Translations under genes and position numbers: made by a program
NCBI GenBank assembly: GCA_044892505.1
Contig: CM097882.1
Span: forward strand, 244,528,001 to 244,592,000
Source of the DNA: Schmidtea nova
Taxonomy: Eukaryota
Reading direction: 5' to 3'
Length of the DNA stretch: 64,000 bases
The notes under the pieces: model-generated
Told to the model about the DNA's origin: nothing
The model's database searches: none
What the model saw: the letters and a program-made list of their open reading frames with translations, nothing else
Part shown: piece after piece, positions 42,385-52,049 of the stretch
How the letters are laid out: each line of letters begins with the position of its first letter
Numbering within the stretch: the first letter of the stretch is position 1

Positions 42385-42710
42385 CTTCACTTACTCACTT
42401 TACTTTGCTACTCCTCCTTGTATGCATACTTTAACATCATTAGGCCACATAATCAGCTTTACTCGCATTTATCAATACCCAGGTGCGCACCTTCAACTCT
42501 CTCATTATTACCTCGGTTTCTTTCAACCCTTATTCCTCATTATTCGCTATTCATTTTCACTATTCATCATTTATCCTCATTATTATTTATTCATCTCCAT
42601 TATCGCTTGTTGATCTTCACTATCCGGATAGTTTTATACTTTATTTAGTCCTCATCTGCCTCACTTCGTCGTCTTTCTCGTGGGCTTTTACTCAATATTT
42701 TATTTCGAAC

Positions 42711-43270
42711 GAGAACTATGCTCACAGCTGAGAACTATGCTCACTAACGAGAACTATGCTCAATGACGAGAACTATGCTCAATGACGAGAACTATGCTCA
42801 CTGACGAGAACTATGCTCACTGACGAGAACTATGCTCACTGACGAGAACTATGCTCACTGACGAGAACTATGCTCACTAACGAGAACTATGCTCACTGAC
42901 GAGAACTATGCTCACTGACGAGAACTATGCTCACGGGCAAAACATGGTTGTTATGAGGGTTTTGCTTACTGATGGAAACTCTTTGCTCCGGGGACTATGT
43001 TCCCCGATGAGAACTATGCTCACTGATGGTGACTACAGGAATTATGTTTCCTGATGAGAACTACGCTCACTACGATGACTATGCTTATTGATGAGAACTA
43101 CGCTCACTGATGAGGACTATGTTCGCTGGTCTTGTGTTTATTAATGAGAACTCTGCTCACTACGAGAACTATGCTCACTATGATGTTGTGTTTTTATGAC
43201 GAGACCTATGCTCACTAGGATGTTATTTTTATGACGAGACCTATGCTCACTATGAGACCTATGCTCACGA
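42711..43270. repeat. 19-bp tandem array (GAGAACTATGCTCACTGAC): 12 copies at 42711-42934, degenerate copies to about 43270
   Basis: Read directly. Confidence 0.95.
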
Positions 43271-43967
43271 ACGAAAACTCGAAATATCATCTCTCAGTGG
43301 TTGCATGTGTTGCTTCGGGATGTTCCTCCCAGTGGTCACTTATGCTTCTTCGGAGAATCTATTGTCGTGTTTCGTTAAGTTCTATCTTTCAAGAACTATG
43401 GGTAAATCCTTTCTCTTTAGGACCCCTCTTATCATTTCCTTTCTTTCAAGGAATTCATTTAACCTCGAGTTTTCCATTTACTCGGTTCATCTGTTATACC
43501 CCTTTATTCTATTATCGATTCGTCAACCTCTCTACTTGATTTTACCTTATGCGAGCTGATTACGTGCCTTTCATTATCTACCACATTTCTCTACTCATCT
43601 TACTCATTTCATTGCTTTATCTCTCTCTTTACTGATCAGTTTTAATATCCTATTTTTATAGTTTTTCTGCGCGCGCCTAAACCTCATTGAGTTGTCCCTA
43701 CCTTTCACCCCAACCAAAATATATAAAAAGATCGCATTGGTCCACTGATGCACGATGTGGTGATCAATCACATCACAAGAGCTTTCCAATATCCGCGATT
43801 GGCCCCTTTCTACACATTTCGGGTAAGTTGATCAGTTGGTTCCCCCCAATGGGTGCTTAACGGACTACTCGTAAGTAGCTCATAATTACTTAGGTCATTT
43901 TTACCAATTCATTGTTAAACCCTCATAATTTCAATAACAACTGCACTTGTTCAAAACTTTATTTCTA

Positions 43968-44426
43968 TTACAAGTACACTGTTATTCTTTCGGATACGGT
44001 AAGGTTGCACATAGGACATCGTTCATTTATTTTACAGTCATTACAGAATCGAAAATGCCCACATGGCAACAACATTATCTGTATTTTGTTCATTTCACAG
44101 ATATAACACGTCAGATATTGTCTCGTATGTTCTGTTGTTATTCTTATCCATTCATCGTGTTTTGTTGTTAACTGTTGTTCTAGCCTGTGGCACTCGATAT
44201 TCATCTCAGGGTTGCTTAATCTTTCTCTATACCATTGATATCGTGTTGTTGTATCCACTGTTATCTTATTCTCGCTTATGCTCATCATCATGTCGGCTCT
44301 TTCTGTGTTGTTTGTCGGTTCGTGATATTCTCCTACCTCGAGTCGTCTTAACTTCCTCATTATTGTCTCCACTGTTTCGTTGTTTGTTTCGAAAAACGTT
44401 TGCATTTCTTTTATTTTGTTCTCCAT
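43968..44426 (-). CDS. 152-aa protein with C-terminal IAP-type C3HC4 RING (putative E3 ligase)
   Basis: CYICEMNKIQIMLLPCGHFRFCNDC..CPMCNLTVSERITVYL at the extreme C-terminus; no BIR domain. Confidence 0.9.
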   Translation of the reverse strand: MENKIKEMQTFFETNNETVETIMRKLRRLEVGEYHEPTNNTERADMMMSISENKITVDTTTRYQWYRERLSNPEMNIECHRLEQQLTTKHDEWIRITTEHTRQYLTCYICEMNKIQIMLLPCGHFRFCNDCKINERCPMCNLTVSERITVYL

Positions 44427-44960
44427 CCCCTGAATGAATTATCATTAATTTCTGTCGATTTTTATTTATTATTTATCATTCTTATTCTATGGTAGCCCTA
44501 CTGTTCGCTTTCTGTTGTTCTGTTTTGCGTCACTGCGTGTATATCCCCCCGTGTTCTTGAATGTCGCCCCGACATGATCATTGTTAGTTGCTCACACTCA
44601 TACCATTTTCATACACGCTTTTCAGCATACTTTTACCTTACGTCATGCATACTTTTCATCACTTTTCATACTGTTATTCCACATACTATTCATCATACTT
44701 CATTCGTCCTCATACTTCCATTCCATTATCATTCATACTTTCATTCTCATGCATACTTTCATCACGTTCATCAATCTCATTATTTTACACTCATACTTTT
44801 ATTTATTATTTTTCAACCCGATTTATTCTTGCTTCAGGACCCTCAAACCCTCTGTTATTCTTTACTTTACTTTTCCTCGCTAAATTCACTTTCATCCCGG
44901 TTCATGCGCTCTAAACTGTCCGCAGCTATCGCATTCACTTTTTCACACAAAGATCGATTT

Positions 44961-44979
44961 AATCCCGGCTGAGCCCCCA
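44961..44979 (-). promoter_or_regulatory. Primer-binding site, tRNA-Pro type
   Basis: TGGGGGCTCAGCCGGGATT, 6 nt after the 5' LTR; two mismatches to the MLV Pro PBS TGGGGGCTCGTCCGGGAT. Confidence 0.85.
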
Positions 44980-45369
44980 AATTTATGCTGGTGTGTTGGT
45001 TAGATTGACAACTGAGATCCTTATGATTTTATACGTTAGGGTGATCTCGCCAACATAAAAACATTCCCCCGCTGACACCCATGATGTATCCCTAACTACT
45101 CATCATGTTGGTGCTGTGTCAACGTTGTGAAATGACAAGGCAGGTGAGCAACCTTTCGGCTACTATTCCCTTGTTTATTCACGGGTCCACCACTACCGTT
45201 AGAAGGTGTCTGTGGCTTTCTTTCGGTCCCACTTATGCTCTTTTCTTTTGTCCTAGGGTAATTTACATTTTAGATATCTGCAGCTTTAAATGAACCAGGT
45301 TTTCATTACCTTTAATTCTCATACATACTTCAACAAACAAGACAAATCAAATCATTCATTTATATACAT

Positions 45370-45933
45370 TTATTTGTAGTTCAACAATACAGAGGGTCGG
45401 ATTACGTTTAGTAGCTCTTGCTCAGATAGGCCACTGAGCAAGTCTACTTCGATCCCAAGGCTATCTGCGTATGCTCGTCTTTCCCTACGCTTTTTCGCTC
45501 CCAAGCGATTCCGTCTCTTTGTTCGTTTCGAGCCCTCCAGAATTATTGGGGATGTTGTGGTAGTTGTGATTGGGATGGTTTCTATTTCCGTTTGGGTACT
45601 TGTTGTCGTAGATATTGTGTCTACCCACCGATTAAAGGTGCTAGCCCGGATCACTGGGCGTAATTGCTCGGTGATGAACTCCTTGGTTGATGCCCTCAAG
45701 TAATTCGCCAGCTCCATCTTTAGGGCTGCAATCTCTCTGGCATGTTCCTCAGCTACTCGTTCTGCCCTGTATCTAGCCTGCAGGATGGACTTAACCTGCT
45801 CTGGGTTAAACCATGTAGTCTTAATTCGCTGGTGCTCGTCGTTGAGCTGTCTCAAGCGGTTTTCTAGGACTCGCGATCGTGCTTTATGTTCTTTGGCCTC
45901 TTGTTTGTGGTTCTTAGTTGAATGTTCGCTCAT
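45370..45933 (-). CDS. LTR-encoded 187-aa protein (coiled coil, Thr-rich linker, Arg-rich motif, Leu-rich tail)
   Basis: Start chosen at TTTTTCAG|AAATG rather than the tracked GTG at 46014; KRTKRRNRLGAKKRRERRA; stop overlaps AATAAA. Confidence 0.7.
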   Translation of the reverse strand: MSEHSTKNHKQEAKEHKARSRVLENRLRQLNDEHQRIKTTWFNPEQVKSILQARYRAERVAEEHAREIAALKMELANYLRASTKEFITEQLRPVIRASTFNRWVDTISTTTSTQTEIETIPITTTTTSPIILEGSKRTKRRNRLGAKKRRERRAYADSLGIEVDLLSGLSEQELLNVIRPSVLLNYK

Positions 45934-46122
45934 TTCTGAAAAATGTATCATTAATCGGGTTATGTATGGTTTGTCTGTTCTCTCAGTCACTTTATTATTA
46001 AACAGGTGTTTCACTTTTAGACCACTTCATGCTCACAAAGTCATAACAAAACCCAAAAATTGAATACATTTATTTTTTAACACACATATCCTCGTTCTTC
46101 GAATGATCGACTTCCTTGCGAT

Positions 46123-46758
46123 TTAGAGGAAGGGTCTTAATTCCTGATCGCTGGTATTCTCGTCGCGACGGATTCCATTCTCCCAATACATTTCTGGGGC
46201 TGGGTTCCAACTCAGCTTGTCTTTGTAGATAAACACCTCCCAGAGGCGAAGCTCCTTGGGCTCGGGGTGTTGTTCCACGGAAACACTTCCTGGCGCATTG
46301 GAATAAGCGAAGACTTCCTCAGTGTAGCGACACCGAGGCCTGTCTAGCAGCGTGTATCCGAGTTTGTGTAGCTCTTTTCCGGTCATCGTTCCGGTACTTA
46401 GCAGCCAGCGGGGTTGCTGTAACTCATCGCAGAATTGATAGAACCATCGGGGGTTCTCCGGCTTACTATGATCCGAGGAGAGTACCCAATCAGTATCCCC
46501 TTCCCACCGCAGCTGTAGTCCAAACGCGCAAGCTGGGGTGTTAGCCGCTAAGCTCATATGGGCCCTCATCCACCGTCGTAGGTGGCGACGTGATATTTCT
46601 GTCACCTTTCGAGGTGCTTCGTTTTCTCCTCTGACGTTTATGATCGTATTGTGTCGGATGACGGAGCGGGTGCGCCGTTTCTTACGAAGGATGGTTTCCT
46701 CTAGCTTTATCGGGTGCGCGATCATCGACTTCCTTTGGAGATTCTCTAGTTTCACCAT
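46123..46758 (-). CDS. LTR-encoded 211-aa protein of unknown function
   Basis: Open in both LTRs; TTTTCTTTAG 7 nt upstream, TATAAATA 58 nt upstream, AATAAA about 50 nt downstream. Confidence 0.65.
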   Translation of the reverse strand: MVKLENLQRKSMIAHPIKLEETILRKKRRTRSVIRHNTIINVRGENEAPRKVTEISRRHLRRWMRAHMSLAANTPACAFGLQLRWEGDTDWVLSSDHSKPENPRWFYQFCDELQQPRWLLSTGTMTGKELHKLGYTLLDRPRCRYTEEVFAYSNAPGSVSVEQHPEPKELRLWEVFIYKDKLSWNPAPEMYWENGIRRDENTSDQELRPFL

Positions 46759-47674
46759 AGTATTTCTAAAGAAAATGGTTGTTTGTTAACTATGGATTCT
46801 ATGGTATAACGGGCCTATTTATATCAGTCAACCCACCCGTTATACTTAATTTTCAACACTCATGTTCAACCACTCAGCTTTAACAGTTTTTATTGATCGA
46901 TAATACTATTTAATCACATTCAATCTCATCAGTCGTTTTCGATTAGTTCCTCATTTAACTAGTAATGATCATGCCATGTCGGGTAATTCTCGTAAGTTCC
47001 TGTGGTCATTGTACACTGGGGTTCATCATTTTATCGGTCCTCAATGCCTGTAATTTGTTTATCATCTCTCCTGGCGACTAAACATAGCTGACAGAGGTTA
47101 TCGATTATCCTTAACCATTGATACTAGGTTCACTATGCCCGAACTCGTACGCGCTAAGGTTGACATATACCTACCCTCGTCGTTACCTAATTCATAGGCA
47201 CTAATATTATTCACTACACGTATATCCCTCGTCTAGACCTCGCCACGATATATATCTTTCCCATACCACGGGTTTCTCGTTACGCTCGTTTACGACTACT
47301 AGTTTATGCTCGATACCCTATCATCGTGATGTATATCGTTTATATTAGATCATCGCTACCTTGATTTCGTTCACAATCATTAGGTCTTACTCGATACCCT
47401 ATGTGCATCCCCTTTTTTCCCCCCACCAAGTATTTAATAAACTTATGGTCCCGCCGCATCAGCACCTCACAACCGAAAGATTGTGTTGCGCTGAGAGGCC
47501 CCAAGAATCCGTCAGGCTGTTAGGCCTCCGGAAAACCTTATTGATTTTAATATGGTTAACAATTATGAGGGTTTATATGAATGATACAAAACATAACTCA
47601 ACCATACCTTTTATTTCCAACTGGTTTCCAATACAAGGTTGTTAGAAGTTATCAGTTACAACTTGCACTCGGTA

Positions 47675-47750
47675 AAAATGACATTACCAAATACTGATTT
47701 GACTTCAGTATTTATACTCAACCGGTGTTGTTGGTTAGCCAATCAGCATC
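47675..47750 (-). promoter_or_regulatory. Candidate LTR core promoter
   Basis: TATAAATA on minus (47709-47716), CCAAT box AGCCAATCAG (47737-47746), Inr-like TCAGT/TCATT downstream. Confidence 0.45.
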
Positions 47751-48122
47751 GAGTATGTGTGTATGTTTGATTCATTATTTTGTGTTGCCGGCTTTTTGGT
47801 GCCTAACTCAACTCAATGATTTATTTGGTTAATCATGCGGTAAGTTTTTCTTAGTCATCAATTTATTTTATTTTATTTTTGTTTTAGGTCTTTGGTGACA
47901 TCCGCCCACGCGCTGTCATATTCCAATTTTATCTGCTTCGCATGAGTGAGTTTTGAAGATTTTTGTTGTTTTGATTAATATTTTATTTCTTTTAGATGTT
48001 GCCGCCTATTTTGTTACGCTTTGGTGTTGGTAATTTATTTTGTTGTTATTCTGTATTTAATTTATTTTATTGATTGTACATTATTTTCAGATGCTGCTCG
48101 ATTTGGCTGGCCCAACATATAT

Positions 48123-49077
48123 CAGTGGTTCTCAACCCGTGTTCCACGAAAAAATCTACACTTTATCTTTAAATTTGCATTTAAGATACATATCATCTAA
48201 AACCTCAATTAATTTTTTTATAAGATGATTCAATAAAAAACCCGTCACACAAATATATAAACATACAAAGATAAAAGTATTTTTATTGCTTGTTATTGTT
48301 GCGCGTGGCATTTTCATTGCTTCTAAGAAGGCATTGTTTACGTTTACGACAGGGTTATAGTAATTTGTGATTGGTCACTCATTGTGGCCCCACCATAAGA
48401 TTTTCCCAGTTATAGAGTAAAATTAAATATGAAACATTCGTTATCCAAGTTTCAAGATGTACATTTTTGAAAAGATTGGCAGTGAATAAATGTGATTATC
48501 AATAAATTAATACATTTGTTTTTCTACTATATTATAATTTAAATCAGTCACGTCAATAATATTACATTCAATAAAAACAATTATTAAAATCATAAATTAA
48601 AGTACTTTATTATTAATGATAATGGATAAATTTATCATAAGAAAACGTCTTCGCGATAAAAGCGATGCTGATGATAGTGCTAGTACTAATAATAGTGTAG
48701 TGAAAACTAATGAAAACAGTGCTAAAGAAACTAAAACTAAAGCAAAAAAAGTCATTCGCTTATATGACGAAGAATATTTAAAGTTTGGGTTTTCATGAAC
48801 CGGAGAAAAAGATTCTCCAGTTCCAATTTGCATTGTAAGTATTGTAACTACTGAAGGTATTTCTTTGTTGAATTAATTTGTTTTTTTAATGTGCGTTTAT
48901 ATTTAATATCTTCAAGACCAATTATAAATAGAGGATGGTTCAAAAGTCGTTTCATTATTCAAAAATGAAACAATATGTTGGTTTGTGAATTTTTTAATAT
49001 ATTTTTTTGTCAGTGTTCCACGTAAAAAAAATCATGTGAATGGTGTTCCGCACTTTTAAATTAGATGAGAACCACTG
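48123..49077 (+). mobile_element. Internally deleted hAT (Charlie/Buster-like) element
   Basis: TIR CAGTGGTTCTCA at both ends; 8-bp TSD ATCTATAT (left copy split by the LTR element); relic N-terminus RLYDEEYLKFGF..P.C at 48616-48835. Confidence 0.88.
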
Positions 49078-49945
49078 ATCTATATTCTTCAATATTAATT
49101 TGATTTTATATTCATTAGCTTTTTAGAAAAATATGATTTTTATGAAGTTTTTTGTAAGTATTTTACATTAAACGTAAGTAAAAATATTTTTTAACAATAG
49201 TTTAATCAGTTTCCGAATGTTTCCATTATATTTTTATACACTTACTTTTATTTAATTTTTAAATACTATTTAGGAAATCATAATTTTTTTAAACATTCTT
49301 TGAGTATTATTTTCATTCACGTTAGTTAAAAATCATTTTTAAATAAGAATTATTATTATTAAATAAAAATTTTCTATTTTTGTAATATTTTTTGGATATT
49401 TCAAGAAATAATTTAATTAAGCCTAATTTGTTATTTCAAGAATTGCCAAATTTTATTGTCATGCGTTATCTGTGACTTCAAAATGATCTATATTGAAGTG
49501 TAAATATGTTTAATAGTCTATAATTTGAAAATAATTAGACGGAATTATTTTTTTGGCTACTGAAAACAGAAAGATTTTCATAATAATTTTTGGAAATATA
49601 TGAAATTTTATAAATAAATAAAATTTACAATGTTATTTATCCATTTTCTCGACAACTCCCCTAGGAAATATTCCAAATATTTACCAAAAAAACATATTTT
49701 AAAAATAAAAAAATTTATTATACTCTAATCATATGCAATTTTAATTATGTGTTGTGTTTGTGCGTATAGTTTATTTTTTCTTACAGAATGTCTATCACAT
49801 ATTAAAACTTTTAAACTACGAAATATCAAAATGTAACACATACGTAAGTTTTCATTTGCTATTGGTTATTTTTAATTTATATTATATACACTTTTAATGT
49901 ATGACACCAGGTGTAGGTCATGTGAATCAAATGGAAATTATTATA

Positions 49946-50536
49946 TCAATTATTGACAAAGCAAACAGCGAAACACACCCATTGAAAACTATTTAATTTA
50001 GAAAAATAATAAATATATAATATAAACCGGATGAAAACAATATATATATTCGTCATTGACATTGAGGATAGAACAGTTGATGAATGGGTTACTTGGCTTT
50101 CATAATCACTAATCTTTGACAGCATAATCTGTTGATTTTTATTGATTGTACCAGGATTCGGGATTGTTTGGACATTAGATGAAATGCTTTCGATAGGTTT
50201 TACTGTTGAACTTTCACTGTTTCTTGTACCAGTCGTCGATGTTGCTGAAGATGTTGACGATACAACAAACGAACTTTCGACGCTATTCAAACTTGATGAT
50301 TTCTCACTAGTTTTGTTTGGTGATATCGAAGACAATTCTGGTTGGTTACACGACTTGGTTGATAAGTGCGTTGATGGCGTCTCACTTGAAGAACTAGTGT
50401 TTCTTATTGAGCTCGAAGTTTGTGTAATTAATGTCGTCGGTGATTCTGAACTTGTCACAATTGTTTTCTAACTAGGTGAAATGATCGTTGCAACATTTTG
50501 ATTTGAAAAGATTTCATTGGATTTCTTGTTGGCCAT
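49946..50536 (-). pseudogene. Ser/Thr-rich low-complexity reading frame with an in-frame stop, origin unclear
   Basis: MANKKS...SPS*KTIVTSSES... mucin-like composition; no domain recognised. Confidence 0.3.
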
Positions 50537-51854
50537 GATGATTTTTAAAAGTTAAAAGTGCTATTTTTGATTATTTAAAAAAGAAAAAAGATCATTTAAT
50601 ATAATATTACATTAATAATTTAATTATTAAATTAATGTCATTATTAAATTGAAAAGTTTGATGCACCACATTTAGTTTGGTTTTTTTAAAAATAATAATA
50701 TAGTACTTTTTACTTTTATAATTTCTAGAATTATTTCTTTCGAAAATATTTATCATCGTATTTTATTTCACATTAATATTTTTATTTATAAATCTAAATC
50801 TCTAGAAATATCATATAAATCAAAATTACAAGTTAGAGTAATTCCACATTTTCGTATAAAATCAATAAGATTCATTTGTTCATTATTTTATATTAATTAT
50901 TATTATATTATAATAATTATATTATTATAATTATAATTATATAATATCAAATGAAATGCAATATCTAGAATTTGTGTTAAATTGGAAATATTTTGAGCTA
51001 ATTTCTGAAAGAATGAAATTATATGGAATTGTAAATATCAGATTAAAAAGATTAAAAATTAATCATTTTACTTTACTAATATCGAAATAATTTCGTTCTT
51101 TTTTCCAAATTTAATTTCAATTTCTTAAAATAGAAATTTAAAGTAATAAATCAAAAACGACTGAAATAAAAAATTCACGTTTTAAGTTTTACATCTAAAC
51201 ATAAAAAGAAAATTTCAAGTCTCCTTAGGCCGCTATCAATCATATAATCATTGGATGAGAATCAGTTATCAAATAGTTTATTAGCGCCGTTTCTTTTGGT
51301 GTCAACGAAAAATTTATTTTGCTAACATCCGTAAAATTAGTAGCTTAAAAAGTTTTCTTTTAGAAAGTACAAATTTTGAACTGAGAATCAGAAATAAATA
51401 ATTTTAGACAAATTCAAAGAGCTCTATTAATAATTGACAATAAAAAATTAGGATCTAAAGAGATTTTCTATTGATATTTATTGAGACTTAAACAAATTGA
51501 ATTATGGAATTAAGTTAAAGGGAAAAGTTTTGAGATTTTCGAAGATTTGATAAGTGTAATAATTAGATTATCTTTGTCACTGAATTCGAGCTGAGTTATT
51601 ATTTTTTGAATGTTTTCTTTTTTTATTAATTTCTTGCTCTTATTTAATATTTAATAGAATTTTGTAAAATTATTTATAAAATAATAAATTTTAATTATCG
51701 ATATTTAGAGCAAATTGTTTAATTTAATGAAATTATTATTGCCATTAAATTAAAGAAAATATTGTAACTGTATAAATTTATTTAATATAAAAAGGCAATT
51801 AATATAACAAAGGAAATGTTAAACAAGTTTATGATTAACAAGACATTACAACAA

Positions 51855-51855
<1 letters not shown>

Positions 51856-51898
<43 letters not shown>
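51856..51898 (+). repeat. (TAA)n microsatellite, about 14 units
   Basis: Read directly. Confidence 0.95.
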
Positions 51899-51899
<1 letters not shown>

Positions 51900-52049
51900 T
51901 TGGGCTGGTACAACCAAATCTTACAATAAATACCAGCATATGATCAGCACATAATGTAAAAATATGAAAAAAAAGAATTAAGCTAAAATAAAAATAATGA
52001 ACGAATTAAAAGATTAAATTTTCAGAAAAAAGCAAAGGACTTATTGATA

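Larger units (their letters stand above)
19009..48117 (-). mobile_element. Giant (29,109 bp) Ty3/Gypsy LTR retroelement with env and accessory genes
   Basis: Two near-identical 3.1-kb LTRs with TG...CA ends, TATA TSD (19005-19008 / 48118-48121), PBS, and PR-RT-RH-IN order. Confidence 0.97.
44986..48117 (-). repeat. 5' LTR (3132 bp)
   Basis: Minus strand TGTTGG...CCAGCA; direct repeat of 19009-22124; adjacent to the PBS. Confidence 0.97.

Noticed and set aside
42711-42934. Possible CRISPR-like array
   Set aside because: Head-to-tail tandem units without unique spacers, no cas genes, eukaryotic context
44574-44972. His/Phe-rich + strand ORFs
   Set aside because: By-product of the CATACT-rich low-complexity leader
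44961-44979. Possible tRNA gene
   Set aside because: Only the 3' 19 nt including CCA is present next to the LTR, so it is a PBS
45934-46014. GTG-started N-terminal 27 codons of the tracked 214-aa ORF
   Set aside because: An ATG in a strong acceptor context at 45933 is the more plausible start
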